Of a DNA stretch of 60,506 nt, positions 25,978 through 34,200 are shown one piece after another. The notes under the pieces are model-generated. The model was not told the origin of the DNA, did no database searches, and saw only the letters and a program-made list of their open reading frames with translations. The stretch is taken from contig JAEOTX010000150.1 of NCBI GenBank assembly GCA_016839605.1, positions 1-60,506 on the forward strand, read 5' to 3'. The translations under genes were made by a program, and so were the position numbers. The first letter of the stretch is position 1, and every line of letters begins with the position of its first letter. The DNA comes from Candidatus Thorarchaeota archaeon. GTDB taxonomy: Archaea > Asgardarchaeota > Thorarchaeia > Thorarchaeales > Thorarchaeaceae.

Positions 25978-27684
25978 TCATGAATCACCCTCTCGAAGTT
26001 CAAGTACAATTCCTTGGTACGGTTCAAGATAGATGCTGGTGGCCCGAAGTGGTTTTGAGTCCAAAAGAGTTGAGAACAGCAAGCTTCTCTTCCCTTTTGC
26101 ATCATCAGTTTGAACTGGTTTGTTGGAAAGGTTCAGCCAAACCTGCACTACTTGTCTATTGTGTCTTCGTTCATATGTGAGAAGGGTTTTCTTGTTCATA
26201 GGCTGCTCTAGAACGTGCATAGAGCCAGAGTGTAGAGCAGGGGTGTTCCTACGGAGTCGCAGGAGGTTTCTATAGCAATGTAACAATGAATCCGACTCTG
26301 ATTCCTCAACCTCTACATTGATTGTTTCATATCTTGCTCCTGCTGGCAACCATGGCTTTGAATCTGCGGGACAGAATCCTGCGTTTAATGATGAATTCCA
26401 TTGCATAGGAGTCCTGCAATCATCACGATTAAGCGAAAAGGAGCCATCTCTTACTAGCAGATTGACTAGCAGTTGATGATACCAACGAAACCTCAAAGCT
26501 ACAGGATCCTGTGCAGTCTTGATAGGCAATCTATGATTGAACATACCAATCTCTTCACCATAATAGATGAAGGGGACGCCTCTTGCTGTCAACTGCAGCG
26601 TCGTATTGAGTTTCGCCTTAACCAGATCATTTCCCAATTTGCTGATTCGGCGTATCTGATCGTGGTTGGAGAACACCCAGGTTGGAGTATATGGTTCATT
26701 GAAGTATTCCTCGTATTTATTGATTATATTCCGAAGTGTGCTTGCATTAAGATTGGCGTTAAGTGACTGAAACAGGAATACAAGATGTAGTCCATTAGTC
26801 TGGTTTTTGTCAACTTCTTCACCACAGTATTTCTTGAGGGTATCAAATGATGCAGCAATTTCACCTACTAGGAACCGTTCAGGGTCCGAATACTCATCCA
26901 TCACGCTTCTAAGTTCCTTGACAAAGGCGAAATTGTCAGGATGGTTAATTGTGAAGATTTTATTCTGAAAGAGGCTTTTCTCATCCTCTTCGGAGGGGAA
27001 GAGCTTCCAAGCAAAAGGATTGTTCTGAAGCTGTTCATCTTCGAATATTGTATTGATTATGTCTAGGCGAAATCCATCAACCCCCCTATTCAACCAGAAT
27101 CGGACAGTATCAAACATCTCCTTCTTCACGTCAGGATTCCGATAGTTGAGGTCTGGTTGAAAGGGCAAGAACTGAGCCCAATACCACTGATCTGTCACAT
27201 CATCATAATGCCAACCTGAACCTCCAACCATAGATTTCCAGTTATTAGGAGGTTTCCTACCACCGGACTTTTTCCCATCTCGCCAAATGTACCAATCACG
27301 TTTTGGATTCTCTCGACTTAAGCGCGATTCTAGGAACCATGGATGCTGGTCACTTGTATGATTCAGCACCATATCAAAGACAACATACATGGCCCGATTA
27401 TGAATCTCCTGAATTAGTCTGTCACAATCAGCCATCGTACCATACTCTGGTGCTATATCTCGGTAGTTGCTCACATCATACCCATGGTCTGTTTGAGGGC
27501 TTGAAAAAAAGGGGGAAAACCAAATGGTTTCAACCCCCAAGTCCTGTAGATAGTCCAGCTTTGTGATTATTCCAGGAATATCACCAATCCCATTACCTGT
27601 ACTGTCCTTGAAGCTTCGGGGATAGATCTGATACACAGTGGTTCGCTTCCACCATGGTAGGTTTCTAGTCTTTTCATCTGGCAT
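25978..27684 (-). CDS. GH13 alpha-glucosidase / oligo-1,6-glucosidase family
   Basis: 568 aa. WWKRTTVYQIYPRSFKDS.GNGIGD, DLGVETIWFSPFF, DGFRLDII, GEI and FSNHDQ are GH13 conserved regions I-IV. Confidence 0.9.
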   Translation of the reverse strand: MPDEKTRNLPWWKRTTVYQIYPRSFKDSTGNGIGDIPGIITKLDYLQDLGVETIWFSPFFSSPQTDHGYDVSNYRDIAPEYGTMADCDRLIQEIHNRAMYVVFDMVLNHTSDQHPWFLESRLSRENPKRDWYIWRDGKKSGGRKPPNNWKSMVGGSGWHYDDVTDQWYWAQFLPFQPDLNYRNPDVKKEMFDTVRFWLNRGVDGFRLDIINTIFEDEQLQNNPFAWKLFPSEEDEKSLFQNKIFTINHPDNFAFVKELRSVMDEYSDPERFLVGEIAASFDTLKKYCGEEVDKNQTNGLHLVFLFQSLNANLNASTLRNIINKYEEYFNEPYTPTWVFSNHDQIRRISKLGNDLVKAKLNTTLQLTARGVPFIYYGEEIGMFNHRLPIKTAQDPVALRFRWYHQLLVNLLVRDGSFSLNRDDCRTPMQWNSSLNAGFCPADSKPWLPAGARYETINVEVEESESDSLLHCYRNLLRLRRNTPALHSGSMHVLEQPMNKKTLLTYERRHNRQVVQVWLNLSNKPVQTDDAKGKRSLLFSTLLDSKPLRATSIYLEPYQGIVLELREGDS

Positions 27685-27840
27685 CCAGAGTTCCTCTCAG
27701 GACTCTGATTCTAACCCCCTCTTTTTTCTTCTCACATCATTGTAGAATCACAAATGAGCGTGAGTCTTCTTTGCCATTCACAGGAAAATTTCCATTGGCA
27801 GTAAGGAATAAGGTCTTAACTGAAAAGTAAGTAGTCGACT

Positions 27841-28095
27841 GTGAGTAAGATGAGTTTACTTGGTCCGGATGATTTCGACTTGGATAGAAAAGGGCGAAAG
27901 AAGAAGCTGGCAAAGGACCTGGCTCCTTCAGTTGCGAAGGAAGTTGAAAGATGGCTGGACAGGGAAGACGATCCTGAGGCTTTTAGGAGAGTATCAGAAC
28001 TGGTAGGCCCAGAAGAGGCCGCCCGTTTGTTTGCTAGACGCCGAAAGCATGGTAGAAAATCGAAACCTAAAGACCCTCTACTCGAAGACCAATGA
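27841..28095 (+). CDS. hypothetical basic protein
   Basis: 84-aa ORF with a GTG start and Lys/Arg-rich composition. No motif, so weak support. Confidence 0.3.
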   Translation: MSKMSLLGPDDFDLDRKGRKKKLAKDLAPSVAKEVERWLDREDDPEAFRRVSELVGPEEAARLFARRRKHGRKSKPKDPLLEDQ

Positions 28096-28471
28096 AGGGA
28101 CTACATTGACAGCAAATACCTACGAAAACGATGATAGAACAGAATTGAGCAATATGAGAACCTCGTTAGCATTCATACGCACGATTGATGCGGAGAAAAG
28201 AACACATCTGGCAGAATTGCGAACAGGAATTGGCATGTTGACAATACCGTTGTCCCTTTTGACCATCCTGATAGCGACCTCAAATTATTATTCAGTCAGT
28301 GATGTGCTGACTCTCATAGCTGGCCTTGCTATTGGTATAGTCATACTCCTTCTGATTGGCGCTCATCTAGTGTTTTCATCTCTCAGAAAGATTCGTGGAG
28401 ATGACCGCCTTCGAACAGCATGTGATGACCTTTCGAATTTAGTGGCAGAGTTCAACAACCACGATGAGTAG
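28031..28471 (+). CDS. DUF202 (YidH-like) membrane protein
   Basis: NMRTSLAFIRT...EKRTHLAELRTGIG resembles the DUF202 double (E)RT.LA..RT motif and is followed by two to three TM helices. The start is uncertain (28031, 28049 or 28154). Confidence 0.6.
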   Translation: MLDAESMVENRNLKTLYSKTNEGTTLTANTYENDDRTELSNMRTSLAFIRTIDAEKRTHLAELRTGIGMLTIPLSLLTILIATSNYYSVSDVLTLIAGLAIGIVILLLIGAHLVFSSLRKIRGDDRLRTACDDLSNLVAEFNNHDE

Positions 28472-28557
28472 AAAACGTGACTTTTCTTCTTGCGCTGTAG
28501 ATAAGTCATATACTTTCAGAATTCAGCTGTCTGTTCAAGACGGTTGAGGAATCAGAT

Positions 28558-28860
28558 ATGACAACGAAACTCAGAGTCACTGTGATAAGGAAATTCAGCC
28601 CAGAGGAGATTTTTGGCCACGAGATCATGCGAGATGGTAAGCCACTACAGCCATGCGGCCATAAGGAAGGAGAGGAGTTCATCGTGGACCACCATTTAGA
28701 CAGGCCAAAGGATTTCTGTGGCCAAGCTTGGCAAGACCTCTATACTACTCTGATGATTTACCACTTTGGAGGGGATTATAACTATCCAGAACCCGGTGTC
28801 ACATACCAGCCATGTGGCGACGGCATGAGGACAGTCATATTCAAAATAGAAAAGATATGA
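28558..28860 (+). CDS. TIGR04076-like small Cys-containing protein
   Basis: 100 aa. LRVTVIRK...CGHKEGEEF.V......P.DFCGQAW.DL....MIYHFGG......CGDGMRTVIFKIEK matches my recollection of that family. Confidence 0.55.
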   Translation: MTTKLRVTVIRKFSPEEIFGHEIMRDGKPLQPCGHKEGEEFIVDHHLDRPKDFCGQAWQDLYTTLMIYHFGGDYNYPEPGVTYQPCGDGMRTVIFKIEKI

Positions 28861-28874
28861 ACTGGGGAATAAAG

Positions 28875-28912
28875 TGGAGCCCCAGGAGGGATTTGAACCC
28901 TCGGCCTCCTCC
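28875..28912 (-). pseudogene. tRNA 3'-half fragment (Thr-like: anticodon-stem 3' strand, variable loop, T-arm, acceptor, CCA)
   Basis: Reverse complement GGAGG-AGGCC-GAGGG-TTCAAAT-CCCTC-CTGGGGC-T-CCA parallels tRNA-Thr GGAGG-AGGCC-GCGGG..CCCGC-CAGGGGC-T-CCA. No convincing acceptor 5' strand or D-arm lies upstream. Confidence 0.55.
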
Positions 28913-29057
28913 TTACTTTCAGAATTATTCATTTTGCTTCCGACACTATACCAAAGAAATGGAGGCTCAAGTGTAGTTGTTAGAATCGTGAGTACAAAAT
29001 GCTGGATAGTCTTCGAAACCTTTATCTCAATATCCTAATCGGACACCAATTACGGAA

Positions 29058-29165
29058 GCCCCTGTAGCTCAGACCGGTTAGATCGCCTCCTTGGTAAGGA
29101 GGAGGCCGCGGGATCTTGTTTCACTTCGAAGCGAGACGCGAATTCGAATCCCGCCAGGGGCTCCA
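29058..29165 (+). tRNA. tRNA-Thr (anticodon GGU) with a 30-nt intron in the T-arm (53/54), CCA encoded
   Basis: GCCCCTG-TA-GCTC-AGACCGGTTA-GATC-G-CCTCC-TTGGTAA-GGAGG-AGGCC-GCGGG-[29113-29142]-TTCGAAT-CCCGC-CAGGGGC-T-CCA. The mature length is 78 nt. Confidence 0.75.
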
Positions 29166-29245
29166 TTTTATTTTGATAATCTCCAGTAGGTTTAAGCCAA
29201 TGAGATTGCCAGTCTGAGCTACTGCTGACCTATAGCTTGCTTCTA

Positions 29246-31155
29246 TGGTGAGTGAACCACACTGCAAGAAACTTCTGTGTTCCACCCTTCTCCTGCCTGT
29301 GTCGCCACCTCCCGAAGTCCAATGGACTTCAGAATTAGCAGGAGCATTGTCTGTCATCATTGGGATGGGATCCCTCCTCCAGACCTGGCCTTCTTCTCCT
29401 GTCTTGATGCTGAGCCATCACTCCCAGCGACAGAGAGAGTTTCCACAGTTCTTACCACGGCAGGGTCATCATCACCTTTCCCAGCTTCATCACTGAAGCT
29501 GAGAAGACTCGTTTGAGCATGGTGAACGGCCGCGGACTCTCCGGGGAATGATGACGATCCCTTCTTGGAGAGTAAGGACTTCCCTCTGGAAGACTTCCTT
29601 TGGGCTTTCGGTCGCGCACGTCGAACCCTTTCTAAGGTTCTAGTCCACAGGCCTAGTCCTCTCACAGAGTGCAATGACTTTGTGAGCGTAAGCATGCGTG
29701 CTGCAATATTGATACTACCGTTTCGGTCTGCATTGGTCTTCTGTCCACAAGATGGGCAGTGGAAGTAGTTCTGCTTGGGTCTCTTGCCCTTGCTTCCACA
29801 CTTCCAACAGATAATGGATGTCCATGCCTCAGGAACAGCTCTGAACCGGGCATCCTTTCCATCGACTTTCCAGTCGAGCTGAGCCAGTCCGTGTTTCAGA
29901 CTCTCAGTTATTCGAGCAAAGGCCCATGAGTGAATCATTCCTCTGAACCTTCGCCCCCTGTAGTTTCCTCGCTTAGCACGCATACGTATGTTCTTCAGGC
30001 GACCAATGGCAACATAGAGTGTGTACTTCTTGGACAAATCAGAGATATAATCAAGAAGCTGACGTACAAGGACTCTGTCATATTCTTTTGCAACCTTCTC
30101 GCGCTTGGAATGTAATCGACCGAGTTTCTTTGCTACTCCTTCATATGGAATCTGACTATTCTTTCTGGTGTGCATCTCTCTCTGCAAATCTGCAACAAGT
30201 CTATCGTATTTCTTGATGATGCTAGTCTTATCTCTCTGGACAAAATAGCACGTTTCCCTTGTCTTTTCAGGGGTGAGAAGAGTTGAACAAGCAGCTTTCT
30301 CGATGCCGAGATCAATCCCGAGTATAGCAAATGGGAGGTCTTTTCTAATAGCTTTACCAAATGCTATGCGGATTGCGAATGTCAGCCACCACTTTCCTCT
30401 TCTATCAGTGAAGATTTGTAATGCCTTTACTTCACCGCGCTTAATCTGGCTAAGATGAAAAGGTGACATTCTGAGAGGAATTCTCAAGCGATCATGATAC
30501 CTTCGACCAGCTGTGGCGGAGTCCAGTGAGTCTCTAATGTCAAGCCACCATCGAGAAGTGGAGGTCTTCTTCTCAATGAGTTTGAACCTTCGAGAGAACA
30601 CCCATCTCGGAATTCTTCGACTGGCACTTATGGAAGTTGGACGGGAAGCATTTCTTCCACTCTTTCTTCTAAGTTTGAGATAGCTCTCATACATTGAAAT
30701 GGCAGTCTGTCTGCATTCGTTCATTTCATTCTGGGAGATTCTTTGGAATCTGACTTTGAAGTCATGTGGAACGCTCATCCTCTGTCTGTATCCTGACTTG
30801 ACCTTGATTGCAGTCATGGTCAACTTGTCAAGCTCGCTGTCGTCAATTCTATCTCTGTTGCGACCTGTGAGCAACTTGTCTTCATGTTGTTCAATTATTC
30901 CAAGAAATGCACGAATTACTCTAGTGTCTCGCCCAACGGTCTGTCTAAGCCTCTGCCTAGTCCTTTCAGTCATGTCCTCCCAGTTAATGGGGACCTTCAC
31001 CGAAACTGTCACACCCTTGGACCGAGCCATAACCAATTCGCCCTTACTATATAAAATTCTGACCCGTTTCCACGTCAGTTGAGTTCACTCCCTTTCTAGT
31101 TCAGAAGGGAGGTTTTGAACTCGTACAATAGTATGAATCATTACTATATAAAATT
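29246..31155 (-). mobile_element. IS200/IS605-family, tnpB-only element (E2); ends approximate
   Basis: Same architecture as E1 in inverted orientation. The 3' conserved block is 29246-29291, the 5' hairpin module is 31081-31122, and 15-nt direct repeats flank the module at 31044-31058 and 31141-31155. Confidence 0.6.
29357..31030 (-). CDS. tnpB: TnpB-like RNA-guided nuclease homolog, second diverged copy
   Basis: The track ORF begins at TTG 31036. ATG 31030 (MARSKGVTVSVKVPINW) aligns with the E1 start MGRSSGLIVSVKIPIRW. GIDLGIEK, CWKCGS..CPSCGQ and NADRNGSINI are present. The RuvC-II position reads AIGRLKNI. Confidence 0.9.
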   Translation of the reverse strand: MARSKGVTVSVKVPINWEDMTERTRQRLRQTVGRDTRVIRAFLGIIEQHEDKLLTGRNRDRIDDSELDKLTMTAIKVKSGYRQRMSVPHDFKVRFQRISQNEMNECRQTAISMYESYLKLRRKSGRNASRPTSISASRRIPRWVFSRRFKLIEKKTSTSRWWLDIRDSLDSATAGRRYHDRLRIPLRMSPFHLSQIKRGEVKALQIFTDRRGKWWLTFAIRIAFGKAIRKDLPFAILGIDLGIEKAACSTLLTPEKTRETCYFVQRDKTSIIKKYDRLVADLQREMHTRKNSQIPYEGVAKKLGRLHSKREKVAKEYDRVLVRQLLDYISDLSKKYTLYVAIGRLKNIRMRAKRGNYRGRRFRGMIHSWAFARITESLKHGLAQLDWKVDGKDARFRAVPEAWTSIICWKCGSKGKRPKQNYFHCPSCGQKTNADRNGSINIAARMLTLTKSLHSVRGLGLWTRTLERVRRARPKAQRKSSRGKSLLSKKGSSSFPGESAAVHHAQTSLLSFSDEAGKGDDDPAVVRTVETLSVAGSDGSASRQEKKARSGGGIPSQ

Positions 31156-31280
31156 ATGAAGACTGCACTATGCATAATTCATGAATATCCTGTTTAAATG
31201 AATAATTTCACCATTTTTCAGGAAATGATATATGTCGAAAAACCCGAATAATTTATTATGTAATTTGCTGATATTGCTCT

Positions 31281-34200
31281 GTGGCGAATACAAGGTATCC
31301 TCGAAGTCCTTCAAGAGTTCTCACAACGGCTTTCAGAATGGCCATGGCTATCACTCTAGCACTAGCCCGCGACAGAGCTTCAGGTATATCTAGACCACTC
31401 TATTTCGGACAGGGAAAGAGAATCGTCGGGATGGCGAAGATTTGGAAGAAAGCAAAGAAAGCCTATCTTAAAACAGTGCAAAATCGCCACCCTGATGCTT
31501 CAGTTCTGCTCCGGGCCGAACATAGTATTCGAAGGAGCTTCATTCGAATCCTACTGAAAACAGCAGTGAGATATGGAAATACAGAAACAAAACGGGTGAA
31601 ACGAGAAGAAGGGAATAAAGGGTATCTGAATATTCTGTGGGACTATATTGGAAGCAGGATTCGAGAAACTGTTGCAGCAAGGTACATCTTCTCTGATCCT
31701 GTCCCTATAGAAATGAGTGACGGGTCTTCAGGAATTGGCTATCCTGGTTCAACAAGATTTCCTGTATATCCAGTTAGACATAACCATCTACCAGGACTTG
31801 ACTTTGGGGATATGATCAGGAGTCCGTTGATGGAGCTTGCTCGACAATGCATGAAATGCGGTGTTTCAATAAGAGAGTCAAAGAAGTACATTGATGCCCT
31901 GTTGTACAGGCTCGTTCCCTTCATGGACTACGTCTATACACAGAGAAGATTCGGAAGGCCAAACTACGTCCGAGATGGACTCAAAGAGCTCAGAATAGTC
32001 GTGGACCAGATCAAGAGGGAACATGGTACAAGAAACGGGCTCCGTCAATCAATCACGTCTGAAGTCCAAGAATCTCTAGATACCGAAATAGACATAGAAG
32101 ATACTCCGGTCCAAGACGAAATCGCGGATTCGATTCGACTTGAAATGAGCCAGAATAAGAAGTCGGATGATGAAACGCATTTTCTGAGAGAGGCTATAAT
32201 ATCAGCACGGAGTGAGGGAACTGTCATTGATGGTCTTCTCCAAGTCGCCGAGGAATTGCTTGATAATGGCACCTTGACCATTGAAGACTCTGAGATGCTC
32301 CTGAACCAGGCAAAAGAACAGAGCAGAAGGATAGGCAGCCGACTCCACAGGTTTGTTTCAAAGAACTTCCAGAGTCCGTTCAATCTGAATGGGATCATCT
32401 ATCATGGAACAGAAATGGCCTATGATAACTCAGGACTCATACTCTTCTCAGAGGTTTCTGTCGATGGAGGAAGAGGTAGGATTGACTTCGTGTTGGCTCG
32501 AGCGAAACAGTTACCTAAGGTCGATGGAGCGCCCTCGCCGGTCTTCTTTGAGCCCTTCTTAATCGCTGACTTGAAGTCCAAGAATGCCTTCGACTTCGAC
32601 ATCTATGGAATGAAATCACGGTCCATAGATGTGAACAATGTTGTCAGTGAGTTTGTCTTGGAACGCAGACCGCTGACCAATGAGGAGTGGGAGAGCGTTC
32701 TATCGAACACTCCTGATGACTATGAAGAAAAGCAACTGGATGTTTATGAAACTGCCATCATCGCTGACTATCAGAACGTGATGCAGAAAGATGTTGACCG
32801 TCAGAAGAAGCTAGCAAAAGCCATCATCGTTGTCGATTCTTTTCAGGACTGGAAAGACATCAGTGAGTCGATTCTCCCCCTCATCATGAGAGCATATGAT
32901 GGATGTGTTGATGGAACTCTCTCTGAGGGTGATTTTCTAAAGCATTCCAACAGGGATTCAAACTTGAGGATTGCTATGAAGATGCTCTCTGTCACTAGAC
33001 CAGTCACAAATACTGTGCCTACAGACATTCCCGTTCCAATGAGTTCTTTCAGTGAGCGGGTTGTTGATGAGAAGGAATTCATCCTCTATCTCACCGTGCC
33101 CGGAAACGCCTCCTCTGCTCAGTCAGCCGCAACGATAGCAGAACGATGGCATAGTCTGGAGTATGTGTATGAACACGCGAAACGACGGCATCGAGATGTG
33201 TACTGGTTTGACCTTGTGGGTGAGTACAATGATCCCATTCTGAGAAAGAAGCAATTCAGACTAAGATATCAAAGTGAACCGATACAGCGGTTCTTCAAAC
33301 GTCGAGTTCGGATGAGAGATATCTCTGACAGTGTCAGGGACTTTGTCTTTGAGGGAGATTCTATTGACACTCTTAGAAACTGCATACACGACATCATCCG
33401 GGGCAGTCGAGATCCCATAGTAGTGGTTTCGGGGTGGGACAATCTTCGCCGAAGCACTCCATCACCGTTCGACAGATATCTTGATGAGATTGTAGCAACC
33501 TTACTGCAATCTCTTCCAAAGAGATGCACAGTCTTGTGGTGTGCGCGCCCTGTACCCATCGCTCAGAACAGCACGACCTATTCCACAAGATGTGTTGCTC
33601 CATTCTACCAAGGGGCACTATTGTCAAACTTTGTTGACACCATCATATGGAACGTAGTCATGCCACCAGATCGAACAGGTGCAAGAATGCCTACGAATGA
33701 CCATGAAAGGGCAATCTTCATCGAACGTGCAGGAGAAGCTCTTGAGCAATCAGTGATTAAAATTGAACCATTGAAAGGATGGGGAGCAAGATTCCGTCCA
33801 GGTGGACGAGAACTGAAACCAATTTTTCACAAAGGAGGAGGCCTATCCATAGCTCAAAGCAGTTGGTATGAAGAGAAACAGCTTGAACGTGCGAGGGGGC
33901 TCTTACCTCATCTTTCAGAAGAACATGAGTATAATCCGGGTCCACGGGCAAACTTCAAGCTTGATGTGAAACGAGTGACCTCTGGATATGGTTCATCAGA
34001 GGAACGACTTCCACTGCTCTCTTTTGCTCCCACGCAGGTCTATGCTCAGAGAAAAGGGGAAGAGGACACTCGAAAGATAGACGTCGATAGAAGATTCCGC
34101 ACTCTATTATCGATTGCTGATATTGACCGAAAAAGAGAGTACAGGGAGATTCAGCTTAAACAGAATCCTCCAATGCGGACAACCCGTCCTCCCTTAGAAC

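Noticed and set aside
25806-26180. ORFs 25806..26180 (+) and 29121..29360 (-) sharing the peptide RRVEHRSFL
   Set aside because: The shared peptide is just the translation of the conserved nucleotide block at the TnpB 3' ends in another frame. One ORF runs antisense into the GH13 gene, and the other overlaps tRNA-Thr.
27841-28471. Single gene split by a frameshift (27841..28095 and 28031..28471)
   Set aside because: The downstream ORF alone already has the normal size and layout of a DUF202 protein, and the upstream ORF has no related sequence. There is no evidence for a fusion.
28801-28886. Permuted tRNA (3' half followed by CCCCAG as a 5' half)
   Set aside because: The sequence after CCCCAG overlaps the end of the 28558..28860 CDS and has no D-arm. 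The CTGGGG-N12-CCCCAG hairpin is better explained as a terminator-like stem.
28875-28960. Complete minus-strand tRNA gene
   Set aside because: The T-arm, acceptor 3' strand and CCA are convincing. However, the only upstream candidate for the acceptor 5' strand (GCCTCCA) mispairs at two positions. No D-arm with the GG loop can be drawn, and the candidate anticodon loop ATTTCTT has a pyrimidine at position 37.
31081-31160. C/D-box sRNA inside the E2 5' module (ATGATTC ... CTGA ... CTGA)
   Set aside because: The C-like box is degenerate and the box spacing of about 32 nt is far from the roughly 12-nt guide spacing. E1 lacks the equivalent CTGA boxes.
23830-31280. TnpA (Y1 HUH transposase) or an integrase accompanying the TnpB copies
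   Set aside because: No ORF with an HUH/Tyr motif or integrase-like catalytic residues exists between or beside the elements. They are treated as non-autonomous tnpB-only units.
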